NCBI RefSeq assembly: GCF_006345805.1
Contig: NC_043005.1
Location: forward strand, 54,002,001 to 54,066,000
Direction of reading: 5' to 3'
Origin: Octopus sinensis
Taxonomy: Eukaryota
DNA: 64,000 bases
In this document: positions 10,385-22,723 of the stretch, in pieces
Position numbering within the stretch: position 1 is the stretch's first letter
Layout of the letters: every line of letters starts with the position of its first letter
Notes under the pieces: generated by a model
Told to the model about the DNA's origin: nothing
What the model saw: only the letters and a program-made list of their open reading frames with translations
The model's database searches: none
Made by a program: the position numbers and the translations under genes

Positions 10385-11067
10385 TATATTACAAAGTAAG
10401 TGTACCAATCTATCTTAACTTAGATATTGTAATATACCAGTTTATCTTAACTAAGACAGAATAGCAGCCTAGCTCACTTTCTAAAACTTGGTTCCCTTCA
10501 TAAAGCCAAAACTAATAATAAATTTGGCACTTAGCCACAGTTTGCACAATATTTCATGAAATACGAAATGTAAATATAAGATAATTTAATAAATATAGTT
10601 TATAATGCTTTCAAGTCTAAACTATCCCCTAAAGTCATATGAATTAATTTCTGTATTAAAATATCAGTCATATTAATAAATTCCTATAAAATTAAATGCA
10701 CACCAAACTGTGGGATCCATAGAGACAAACATATTTCAATTGTATTTTGTAAAGGCTTTATCCATTGAGTTAATCAAACAACACTGATGTCTTCATCTCC
10801 ATGCATTGATTAAAAGAAAAGTCACAATGACTTAGATTACTATTACTTTCTCACTTCTAGTTTAGAAGGAATTTAATACAGATTTGATAGGTGACAGAAC
10901 AGTTGTCAAATTATACAGCGTTGATGTTCAATGATTACAGCAATGTACATAAACTCATATTTTAAGCCAGGCATAGACTACATTTTATGAGAAGCAGGCC
11001 ACATAAGACATTGCACATAATCAGACAAGCCACACTACCAAAATAATTCAAGGTTATGCTGGCATAT

Positions 11068-11265
11068 AAGGTGGTGAGCTGGCAGAACCGTTTACATGCC
11101 AGACAAAATTGCTCAGCTGCATTTTGACCGTCTTTATGTTCTGAGTTCAAATTCCACCAAAGTCAACTTTATCTTTCATCCTTTTGAGGTCAATAAAATA
11201 AGTACCAGTCATACACTGAGGTCAATGTAAATTGCTGACCTTGCACCAAAATTTGAAACCAATAT
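11068..11265 (+). mobile_element. SINE family A (older copy)
   Basis: AAGGTGGTGAGCTGGCAGAA...GAGTTCAAATTCC...TCTTTCATCCTTTTGAGGTCAATAAA. Confidence 0.85.
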
Positions 11266-11475
11266 TATTCTTTCACTTGTTTCAGTTATTTGGTTGTGAC
11301 CATGTTGTAGCACTGCCTTGAAGTGTTTTAGTTGAACAAATCAACCCCAGGACTTATTTCTTAACCCTAATACTTATTCTCTCCTGACATATCATTAAGA
11401 AAGTCCCATAGACTGCATGCCTCGCAAAGGCAGCGGTTTACCCATGACAAGATTAAGCATCCTAATGTGGATGCT

Positions 11476-11630
11476 TAACTCTTTAGCCTTTAAACCAATC
11501 ATATCCAGCCTAAATATTTTATCTATTTTTATGTTTAAGCAAACCACATTTTGCCTCTTACACCTGTCCTGCAATACCGTTCCAAAAATAAATGATTACA
11601 TCATCAAAATCTTGAAACTATGAGACGATA
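11476..11630 (-). mobile_element. Partial piggyBac-like MITE
   Basis: TTAACTCTTTAGCCTTTAAACC start. Similar to 43298-43517. Confidence 0.6.
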
Positions 11631-11639
11631 TTCGTTTCT

Positions 11640-11997
11640 TCTTTTATTCTTTTATTTGTTTCAGTCATTTGACTGCAGCACCGCCTTTAGTCGAGCAAAT
11701 CAATTATTCTATCGGTCTATCTTGTTGAACCGCTAAGTGACAGGGACGTAAACACACCAGCATCGGTTGTCATGCGATGTTGGGGGGACAAACACAGACA
11801 CACAAGTGCATACACACACACATACATATACATATATACGATGGACTTCTTTCAGTTTCCGTCTACCAAATCGACTCACAAGGTTTTGGTCAGCCTGAGT
11901 CTGTAGTAGAAGACAATTGCCCAAGGTGCCATGTAGTGGGACTGAACTCAGAACCATATGGTTGGTAAGCAAGCTACTACCACATAGCCACTCCTAC
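11640..11997 (-). mobile_element. SINE family B, near full length
   Basis: Tail, internal (CA/TA)n and head are all present in reverse orientation. Confidence 0.9.
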
Positions 11998-12099
11998 ACC
12001 TATATATATGTGTGTGTGTATATATATATGTATATATATATATGTGTGTATATATATATATATGTATATATATATATGTATGCATGTATGTATATATCT

Positions 12100-12322
12100 A
12101 TGTGTGTCTTTGTATGTGTGTTTTTCTCTCATGATCACTTGACAACCAGTGTTGGTGTGTTTATGTCCCCGTAACGTAGAGATTCAGCAGAAAAGACTGA
12201 TAGAACAAATACTAGGCTTAAGAAATAAGTCCTGGGGCTGATTTATTCAACTGAAACCTTTCAAGATCGTGCTCCAGCATGGCCGCAGTCAAACGACTGA
12301 AACAAGAAAAAGAATAAAAGAA
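12100..12322 (+). mobile_element. SINE family B tail, inverted relative to the 11640 copy
   Basis: CTTGACAACC..TG.TGGTGTGTTTATGTCCCCGTAAC...GTGCTCCAGCATGGCCGCAGTCAAA.GACTGAAACAAG. Confidence 0.85.
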
Positions 12323-13004
12323 TACCGTAAAACAAACATATAACAGTCATTATGATCAGAATCCTTTTGTTTATTTAAATCTGCTCAATCAGGACTAATT
12401 TGGAGATTAAAAAATAACAACAACAACAATCCATACCACGCTTGCTAGACTGAGTGGTCGTTCTTAAAAGATAATTAGTTTAGCATTGGATTTTCTGCAT
12501 TGAAATTGATGAGGGATAAACCATTAACTTTTCAACTTTATTAAGTCAGACACCAGCATCTTTCAGGAATGGGTTGTCTATTTTAACTTAAGTCATTTTA
12601 TGAAAACAATGAAGTAAATTCAAACTAGTTATCGGAAATGCATTTCTGGGCTGTAATTAAGTATCATAAAGTACTATGTCATCAGATTACAATTACAGGG
12701 GGGGGGAAATTATTTTGAAATTTTTTTTTTGTTTTGTTGATAATATTAATTCAAAAACTGCAAAAGTGAATACATCAAGAAATAAATAATATGAATATAA
12801 TTTTTTTTTAGAAATACTCAAAATTCCTGCAAGCAATAAATAGATTCCTTGAAAATTACATCATCGTTTCAATATACAATAAATTTTTACCTTGATTAAT
12901 TCTTTTAAATTGTGCATATATATGCATACATAAATACACACACAAAAACACACCTACACACATACATACAAATTGTTGAATTTCTTCTGGGCTTTTGGGA
13001 GCTG

Positions 13005-13300
13005 TGTGTGTGTATACATATATGTATGTATGTATGTATGTATGTATCTATCTATCTATCTATACATACATATATATATATATATACATAAATACATATA
13101 TATATATATATATGAGTATATATATGTATATATATATATACATACACCCACACATAGATATGTGTATGCACATATATATATGCATAAATATACATATATA
13201 TACACATATATATGCAGAAGCATATATACATACATACATACATACATACATACATACATACATACATACATACATACATACATACATACATTCATACACA

Positions 13301-13336
<36 letters not shown>

Positions 13337-13360
13337 TAGAGAGAGAGAGAGAGAGAGAGT
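13005..13360. repeat. Compound microsatellite (ATGT)/(AT)/(ATAC)/(AG)n
   Basis: Direct reading. Confidence 0.95.
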
Positions 13361-14334
13361 TTAATTAATTTGATTCATTATTACTATTAATATTTTTTCT
13401 GTTCTTGCCATTTATTATGTTATTGCTATTATTTATTTTGTATTAAAATTTAGAGAAAGAAAACCAAAATTAAAAAAAAAAAGACATAATTTAAGTTGAT
13501 ATTTAAATTATGAGTGAAAGTATTTAAAATTTAATATTTTTGTTATTTCCCTTGAGAATCTTAAAGATTTATTTGACAAAACACACTCTATTACTAAATT
13601 GAAACGTTGTGAACTGTTGCTGTTCTCGTGAGGGATTCCTCTATATATCTCTTAATAAGTTCAGATAGAAAAAAAGAATTCTTTCACAATGATGACAAAA
13701 AAAATCCTTTCTTTCTAAACCAACAAGGACTTTGAGAGCAATGATACAAATATTACATTAAGGTAGAAAAAGAAAAAGTTCATTGATTTAATGCTAAATG
13801 TCCTTTATAATAATTTTTTCGATCTTGATTTTCTTATAAATTTCTGTAAACATTTTTCAAATGTAATTGTCAAAAGCATTTGGCAAATATATTTTTTCTT
13901 CTAGACTGAGACCGTTCATTCAATGAACACAAATTCCAAATGTCCCCAAAGCACATAGATTTGCTGAAATTTTAATAGACTACATGTGAGAAAATAGATA
14001 TTCTCAAAAGTAATCTTAAATGAATAGTCTTGATGTATAAAATTGTCTGTAGAATATTCTCGCAATAAAAAATTATCTGCACATACAGGTGTCTATACTT
14101 ACACACATAATATATGCATATGTGTGTGTAAGCAGGGAGATGTTTATAACGTATGTGCATATCTATATATATATTCATGTACTTAAGCATTTATACATAA
14201 TTACATTCAAATACATACCTACATATCTATATAGAAAGAGAGAGAGAGAGAAAGTGGAACTTGCATACATACCTGTATATTTAGTATCTCTCTCTCTCTC
14301 GCTCCCTCTCCCTATATATATATATATATATTAG

Positions 14335-14830
14335 AGTCTAACGAGTTGTTAATGGGGCTAGGCCCTTTATGGATGTGAAAGCATTGGTCAGACATAAATT
14401 TTACTGCATATAAATATATATACATAGAGAGAGACAGAGACAGGGATAGATAGATACAGACAACACACAGTGTAGGGGTGGGTGCTACACAGACAGACAG
14501 CTACTAAAGGTTGTATATCAAAACAGTTATGTATGAATGACATAAAAGCTACAAAATAACATGATAGTATAATAGAAAATTGACAATATAACTGAGATGT
14601 ACTTGCAAAGCAAGTGACCTGATCAAAGATTGTGTCCTGGAACAAAAACAATTGCAGCCTGAAAGGTGTTTATAAACTATTTAAGAAACACACAAAAACC
14701 ATTAGATTCACTTCAACATTTAAATTTAATTTGCCAAAATATTTTCGTCGGTTTGAGACCGCAACCTCTTCACTGACAAAATTCCATGCTGCATCTGAGA
14801 TGTTTGATAATATAACTGACTGACTGGAAG
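14335..14830. mobile_element. Probable retroelement (Penelope-like?) terminal fragment
   Basis: Starts abruptly after (AT)n and contains a CpG-rich hairpin-forming segment at 14741-14781. No coding motif recognised. Confidence 0.3.
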
Positions 14831-16462
14831 ACTTTTTTTTGGTCTAAGTTTCCTTGCTTAAAACTGATTGATTTATTTGTGTTCACATCAGTAAAATCAG
14901 TAAATTAGTGCTCAACACACAAATTGAACACACAGATATATATACTTTTTCATAGCTTGGAGTTGCTAAACATGTATTTAAGTGTGTTACTGATTCCCTT
15001 ATTTGTTTAGGATAGTGTTCTGTTTCTTAATGAAAGATGTCTCTCTAGTTTGGTGGTTGACAGCATCTGTGTGTCAGGTTAAGATCTGTGATTTTTCTAT
15101 TTCCTCAGCATGTTAATCAGAGCGGAAATGAATATTTCAATACAGATTAATATGCATAATTGCACAGATATGCTTCATTATGAAACAGATTACCTCCATT
15201 GAATGCGGAGGGAGAACAAATCACATGAAAACACAGTTTTAGCGTCTCAACATCTTTATCATTATTGACAGTCAGTGTTATCATCGTTGTCACCATCATC
15301 ATCATTGTCATCATCGTCTTCATCGCCATCATCGTTGTTCTCACTGTCATTATCATTTAATGTCCATTTTCCATGTTGGCATGGGTTGGATGGTTTGACA
15401 TGACCAAGCAGGCTGCAAGACCGTGTTGCCAAGCACCAATATCAAGCTTTGGCATGTTTTCTATGGGTGGAGAGCAATAAAGTTTACACTCCTATAAAAC
15501 ATACTTTCCAAAATATACACTCACCCATACCCAGCCCCAACTTCCAGTTTATTTATTTATGGAGGAGAACACCAATAAGTCAATCAGTCCAGCCCAATGG
15601 ATAAAGAGTTATAAACTTGAAATTGCTTGAAGTTACAGCAATGCATAGTTTTATTGTTAATTTATTATAGACTGATATTTTAGCTTAGTGTCATTTCAAT
15701 CATCTTTACACTCTGAGTTCAAATTCTGCTGAGGTCAACTTTGCCTTTTATCTTTTAAGGGACATTGAAATTTAGAAGTACTGAAATAAAAATTAAATAT
15801 TAGACAAGCTTAGCTGTGATAATGAACTATAGCAATGTAAACAAATCTGTACTTCTAATTCACTCACTTGTGCATTAATTGTATATATTTTTTAATTAGT
15901 GATAAGTTGCTAAAACACAAATATGCAAATTACGCTATCCACCACAGTAATAGCTTGTTTCCATTCTGCTTTACATAGCAACTGAATGCTCCAGCCGTCA
16001 ATTGTAAAAATAATTGGTTACATCTGAGAGGAACTTCCATAAATTATGAATTAGTGCATGAGGAGATTTCCCTTCTTTTTCCACGCAACAAAAACATGGA
16101 AAAAATGTATATACATTCTCATATTACAGCTACAGCTTTCTAATATTTAAATTTATTTCTGTTGTTTTGATTCATGCTGAGTTGTGCATAAAATATAGTT
16201 TGTTCAATTAATAATAAACAATCTAAAGAAAAAAAAATGTAATTTAAACCATAATAATTTTGTGACTGCTTTATAAAGTCTCTGAATACTCTATTCTGCT
16301 GACTGAAGATTTGATACACCTTCTCTGAAGAGTAATCAACAAATAACACAGTCTTTCAAGCAATTCCTCCCACTATTTTCTACACATCAAAAGCAAAGAA
16401 GGAGTGTATTTACTAACTTATATTTTATTATTACTACTGAAGCTTCCCAAGGTATAAATATG

Positions 16463-16496
<34 letters not shown>

Positions 16497-16498
16497 CA

Positions 16499-17010
16499 GA
16501 CCTGTTGAAGCAAGTGAAATCGAAATCAAATTCGATGACAGCACCGCATGACTGGCATCCATGCTAGTGGAACACTAAGAGCACCATCCGAGCATGATCG
16601 TTGCCAGGGCTGCTGACTGGTTCCGGTGCCGGTGACACGTATAAAGCACCATTCGAGCGTGATCGTTACTAGTGTTGCCTTACTGGCTTTTGTGCCGATG
16701 GCACGTGAAAAACATTTGAGGTCGTTACCAATGCTGCTGGACCGGCTCCTGTGCAGGTGGCATGTAAAAAACACCATTTGAGCATGGCCGTTGCCAGAAT
16801 CGCCTGACTGGCCCTCATGCCGGTGACATGTAAAAGCACCCACTACACTCCCAGAGTGGTTGGCGTTAGGAAGGGCATCCAGCTGTAGAAACTCTTCCAG
16901 ATCAGATTGGAGTCTGGTGCAGCCATTTGGCTCTGCCAGTCCTCAGTCAAATCGTCCAACCCATGCCAGCGTGGAAAGCGGATGTTAAACGATAATGATG
17001 ATGATGGTGA
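16499..17010 (+). mobile_element. Retroposon family D (internal VNTR, (GAT)n tail)
   Basis: GACCTGTTGAAGCAAGTG head. Five degenerate units at 59-66-bp spacing (16551, 16616, 16682, 16741, 16807). GTGGTTGGCGTTAGGAAGGGCATCCAGCTGTAGAAA...GTTAAACGAT(GAT)n tail. Confidence 0.85.
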
Positions 17011-17557
17011 TATATATATTCAATATATATGTACACATACACATTCATATGAAGTTATAAGGTATACATATACATATATATGAAGTTATGAATAATAAGA
17101 GAAAATCGTATTATGAAATCTATTCAACCTTCAGGAATTCTTATATCACAACAATTGTTTTGTGACTTAAAACATGCAAAGATAATTTTTTCATTATATT
17201 TTAAAATAAGTGACTTACTATATATTCTACATGTTTTGTAAAATAATACATTAAGGAGCTTTTTTAATGAGTACCACTAGATTATTGTGGCTTAAATATA
17301 TATAACATATATATTTGTGAGCCCTAAAAAATCAAGCCCAAGACCTGAATCTAACATATCTAAATAGACCAACCTGTTTACAAAGTTTTACATGCATGAC
17401 TGAATTCTGAACAATAACACAACTCCAAATTTAATCAAAAGACAACCTTCTATAATATCTTTCTATAAGAACTTAACCTGCAACTTAATTATCATTCAAT
17501 GCAGCTCCACTTGCCCCAGAAAAAATAAGCTTACCAGAACCTATATATATATAAGCC

Positions 17558-17599
<42 letters not shown>

Positions 17600-17744
17600 A
17601 AGGGGGAGTGAGAAATAGAGAGAAGATGTAATTTCCTCATAAGGGATTGTTAATAACAATCCAGATATCAACTGGCATTAAACAGTCTAATAAATTATAA
17701 AGTTAATAAAAGAAAACGGAGAAGAAAAAATGTAATAAATTCTT

Positions 17745-18150
17745 GGTTCGTTTTATTTGTATCACGACGGAAAAATAATAGAATGAAAATGTGATAGACA
17801 TAAGAATAAAGAAAGTGGATTAACAAAACAACCAAAAAATAACAAAAAATCCTACATATGTTTCAATCGGACAGTATGCTTGAACCGTCATCATTCAAAC
17901 GATTTTAGATATGCAAAACAATATTCTGTCGGGTATCTTCAAAGATAGAAATTATATTTTCCGGTCTTGAATTACGAAATAACTAATTTGAGGACTATAT
18001 TTTGAAATATTCAAATGTAAACAACAACGTTTTAGGACGCCCGGTTCATGTGATTAGATATTAAATAACTTACACAAGGAGACAACCTAAGAGAGTTGCA
18101 GAAGATTCCGAAGTCGTCTGGAGACGTGGTTGAGGCCAAAAGCAATTTTA
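17745..18150 (-). promoter_or_regulatory. CpG-enriched unique segment; candidate promoter and non-coding first exon with GTAAGT donor
   Basis: About 15 CpGs in about 400 bp against a CpG-poor background. Minus-strand ...CTCCTTGT|GTAAGTTATT donor at 18068-18073. Confidence 0.35.
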
Positions 18151-18270
18151 TTGAATAAATTTACTCCTTAGTATTTAAAGATATTTTAATGTAATTTTGG
18201 TAAATATATGTTAAAATGAGAAAGTCAGTCTTATTTTCGTTTTTGCATAATTTAAATAGTTTATTGACCT

Positions 18271-18302
<32 letters not shown>

Positions 18303-18330
18303 CACATAGATACATGCACACAAACACACA

Positions 18331-18366
<36 letters not shown>

Positions 18367-18367
<1 letters not shown>

Positions 18368-19247
18368 TGGGTCATCCATTAAATAATGCGGTTTTTATAT
18401 TTTTATTTTTCAAAATTAAGATAAACAAAGTTCGTTTTTAATCTAAAATATATTCTCCATTTCCTACAATTCTCTTCCATCTATCTGGAACACTTGAAAG
18501 GCTCCCCTTCCAAAAATTCCCTTGTCCATCACAAAAAGTACTCCTCCACTACCGTTCTGACCTCGTCTGTAGAATTCATATTTTGTCTGTCCAAATAATT
18601 TTAAAGATTGCAGAATGGCGGTGGGGCATTGTTTCCCATTCAAACTGCTCCAGCATTTGGAATGTCATCCTCGCTGTATGCAGCCGAGCATTATCCTGAT
18701 GGAAGAACACCTTTCATCATGAAACCAAAGATGATCGTTTGCTTATGGGAGGCAGGTGTCGATGGAAGGTTGAATGACCAAATCCAAGCATCTCTGCTAC
18801 TTCCTCAACAGTTACGATGGGATTTTGTTTCACCAGGGTTTGCAGGACGTCCTTGTCCAGCTCTGCAGATCTTCCAGGACGAGGCTCGTCTTCTAGGCTG
18901 CAGTTTCCGGCTCAGAATTTCTGGAACCACCGTTGACACTGGCTTACGTTTATTTCCGATCCCCATTTATTGCATTAATATTCCTCACACTTTCCACTGT
19001 ATTGTTGCCTTTATTGAATTCATAAAGCAAAATATGTCAAATATGCTTCTTTGCCACTCCCATTGTAGCTTTGAAAAAATATCTGTTAAAATCGAAATGC
19101 ACTCTTCAAAATTTGTACTAAGAATAAGTACAAGGTAACATTACTACCTGCTTTTATAGGAAGTTGGTGCAGGTAGTTTATCCCGTCACCCTCCAGCTTT
19201 TAGCTCATGCAACTAAAAAAAAGTACATTATTTATGGGATAACCCAA
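18367..19247 (-). mobile_element. Internally deleted mariner transposon
   Basis: TA-flanked TIRs TTGGGTCATCCATTAAATAATG / CATTATTTATGGGATAACCCAA. Minus strand encodes HILLYEFNKGNN (HTH), QCQRWFQKF*AGNCSLEDEPRPGRS, and FHQDNARLHTA, with stops. Confidence 0.92.
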
Positions 19248-19549
<302 letters not shown>

Positions 19550-19589
19550 CATACGTGCATATATATGCATATTTTGCTATTTCCCTTAG

Positions 19590-20812
19590 GCATAGGGAGA
19601 CTAATAACCTCGTGCAGAATTCAATATACGTCTGGTCTAGAACACAATGTTATATGAATATTGAGGGGTATAAAAGAAATAAAGAGATGACATATTTATA
19701 CAACAGAAAGATTACCAGTGACTTTGAAACAGTAACTAATTTTTGATTTTTCGAGCTCTATATATAGTTGTGTTTTGGTTTTTTTTTTCCTGAGAAGGGG
19801 TTTCACCAGGCAGGTGGTACCATGAATATAAGTAGATGTAGTGTTAATAATAGATAAGGTTCTAGAGAGAAGGAATTGGCTTTATGAGATTGCAAGAAGG
19901 AAGTGATTTTATAAGTGAGGATCTAGAAGGTGAGGAAGAACATATATGTTTATAAGATGTGGTGCAGAAGTAAAGGTGGTAAAAAATATTTCTGGTCACA
20001 AAAGAACAAAGGCTGTGTTGGGTTAACAGCAACTTTTGACTTGGTTATATTTAACTTGATGTGTTGTTGTTTGTTTACGCTATTTTGGGTGTTCCTTCAA
20101 GTACATATAACCAGTGTTAGTAGATAAATTTGAATAGGGGTTCGTGTGGTCAATAGGATAATATCAGTTTGAAATTTTTGGTTTGGCAAAGGTGTGACAT
20201 GTTGGATTTGTATGAGAGCATAGGTCAAAGATAGGTTAAAAATAACTAGTTAGTGTTAAAGGTTTGCTTCTAAGTGAGTTTTCAACTGGTTTTGAAATAG
20301 TGGCTTTGTTAATATACATTTTTTATTAGTAGAAATGAAAGGGGAAGAGTGAGAGAGAGAGATATAGTAAAAACAACTAGAAAATAAAGGTAGAAAAAAG
20401 AAAAGAAGTATACATACATACATACATATATATATATATGTATATATTTATTTATTCATATATTTATATATACTTATACATACACACACACACACACACA
20501 CATACACAAACACACACACACTGTCCTGTTTTGTTACCATTTTTACCCCTCTGCAAAAAGATCTCAAATTTTATTTGATTTGCTTTTCGCAGGAAGGAAA
20601 GTTTCTATCGAAGATACGTCTCGCCTTCACCTTCGGGGTGTGGAGTGGATGAAGCCATGGCGACTGAAGAAGGGGTTTTTCCTTGTGTTATTTGACCTGT
20701 ACTCTATTTTTTTTTTGTTTAAGAAAAATGTCCAGTTCCTTGGGTTTGTGTCTGTGTTTTCGTTTCTCATTGTGTTCGACGTTTTTTTGGTGTCCTGTAC
20801 TCATATATGCGT
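19590..20812. mobile_element. Degenerate retroelement-like segment (Penelope-like?) with CpG-rich terminal part at 20570-20812
   Basis: Strong strand-skewed composition and bounded by microsatellites. No intact motif, so the family call is a guess. Confidence 0.3.
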
Positions 20813-20868
20813 GTATATATACATGTAGAGGTGGGTACGTACATATATGTATGCATATGTTTTGTTTA

Positions 20869-20908
<40 letters not shown>

Positions 20909-20909
<1 letters not shown>

Positions 20910-21267
20910 TAGCTTAAAATCTGCACTCGATGCGAATATTTAAGCTAGCTTCTGTGAAGATCTAATTGGACCTGTGGCCTAAATCTAAAGAGAGCAATAA
21001 TAAATTATTTATTGGTACCCTACCAATATGGTAGTACTTTAAATTCAGTTTAAATGAAAACTTTGTAAGAACAGAAATTTTGGGACTTCTTTTCTTAATT
21101 TGAATTCTCATTTGTTAGCATATAACAAATCCGGGCAGATTTTCAATCCTGGAATCATCCTGATTCCAAAATGGTCTAATATGTCTATGAAGATCAAATG
21201 CAAACTGAAATACAGGGGTCCCAGTTGGACAGACAGACAGACAGAATTTCACATTTATTATTATTGA
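20909..21267 (-). mobile_element. Non-autonomous Helitron (359 bp)
   Basis: Minus strand reads A|TCAATAATAATAAATGTG...(TCTG)n...short GC hairpin TCGCATCGAGTGCAG...CTAG|T. It has 5' TC, 3' CTAG, an AT target and no TSD. Confidence 0.7.
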
Positions 21268-21432
21268 TATGTAATTACACACATCTTTAGAAAACTTCAA
21301 CATGAGAACCATACATATAAACAGCCATAACATATATACAAAACATATAAACACACCCATAATTGTGTAAATTTACACAAATAACCCCAACAAACACAGT
21401 ATGTTTGACACACAATTATTTGTACATATATA

Positions 21433-21850
21433 GGCATAGGAGTGGCTGTGTGGTAAGTGGCTTGCTCACCAACCACATTGTTCTGGGTTCAGTCCCACTG
21501 CATGGCACTTTGGGCAAGTGTCTTCTACTATAGCCTCAGGCCAATCAAAGCCTTGTGAGTGGATTTGTTAGATGGAAACTGAAAGAAGCCTGTCTTATAT
21601 GTATATATATATATATATGTATGTATGCGTGTGTATATGTTTGTGTGTCTGTGTTTGTCCCCCCAACATCGCTTGACAACCGATGCTGGTGTATTTAGGT
21701 CCCCATAACTTAGCGATTAGGCAAAAGAGACCGATAGATTAAGTACTAGGCTTACAAACAATAAGTCCTGGAGTCGATTTGCTCGACTAAAGGTGGTGCT
21801 CCAGCATGGCCACAGTCTAATGACTGAAACAATTAAAAGAGTAAAAGAGT
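21433..21850 (+). mobile_element. SINE family B, full length
   Basis: tRNA head, CORE-like segment, internal (AT/GT)n, tail ending (GTAAAAGA)n. Confidence 0.92.
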
Positions 21851-22060
21851 ATATACACAAGGGGACTCTGCTTCAATCTGATGTACATCATATTTTAAAT
21901 ACCTCTAAAGTAGTCTAATGAATTTTTTTTTAAATCATTTACCAAGAATATGATCACTGAACACAGCTTTATCTTTGGTGTGAGTAGAAAGTAAAGCAGT
22001 GATGATAAACATGCTAACAACTAAAATTTAATTGATGCATAAAGTTTAATTCTTTAACTT

Positions 22061-22513
22061 TTAACTCTTCAACATTCAGATTCCTTGATCAAATGCAATG
22101 CTTATTTATTCATATTGTTTTGAATTAATTACATATTATCTCACAGATTTTGAGATTTTATTGATAAAATTGTTTATTTTTTTGAATAACATTGAAAAGT
22201 AAGTGTTAGAGTTTGGATGTGGCCAGTTTGAACATAAAACAAGATAGAATATTTAAGGTGGTGAGCTGGCAGAAACGTTAGCACGCTAGACGAAGTGCTT
22301 AGCGGTATTTCTGAGTTCAAATTCCGCTGAGGTCGACTTAGCCTTTCATCCTTTCGGGGTCGATAAATAAAGTACCAGTTACGCACTGGGGTCAATGTAA
22401 TCAACTTAATCCCTTTGTCTGTCCTTGTTTGTCGCCTCTATGTTTAGCCCCTTGTGGGCAATAAAGAAATAAGAATATTTGGGCCTGGTATGGCTGATTT
22501 AAATGTTAAAGGG
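22061..22513 (+). mobile_element. piggyBac-like MITE interrupted by a SINE A (22255-22471)
   Basis: TTAACTCTTCAACATT...AATGTTAAAGGG ends. SINE TSD AGAATATTT at 22246-22254 and 22472-22480. Confidence 0.8.
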
Positions 22514-22723
22514 CAGTCATGTGTGGCCAAAAGATTCTATGTGTTGTATGTTCAAACTGACTGGATCTGGCCTCTCGCACCTAGACTACAATGTCATTCT
22601 AAAAATAAACATGTGGCTACGTTGGAAGAAGCCTGCTTCTCAACCACATGATTCCAGGTTCAGTCCTACTGTGTGGCACTTCGGGCAAGTTTCTTCTATT
22701 ATAGCCTCATGAGTTGATTTGTG

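Noticed and set aside
11733-11972. Recurring 'protein family' ORFs (MLGGQTQTH..., DCGHAGAL..., MWLVSKLL...)
   Set aside because: They are frames of SINE-B copies. The recurrence reflects the repeat, not a gene family.
14741-14790. GTGAAGAGGTT...AACC as a hammerhead
   Set aside because: It lacks the CUGA core and the GAAA/stem III between stem II and the closing stem.
16499-17010. Family D repeat units as a CRISPR-like array
   Set aside because: Units are degenerate tandem repeats without unique spacers, in eukaryotic context, with no cas genes.
18608-19138. 176-aa plus-strand ORF, the longest in the window
   Set aside because: It is the antisense frame of the decayed mariner transposase.
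20660-20695. CTGAAGAAGGGG..TCCTT as a hammerhead
   Set aside because: No GAAA follows the stem.
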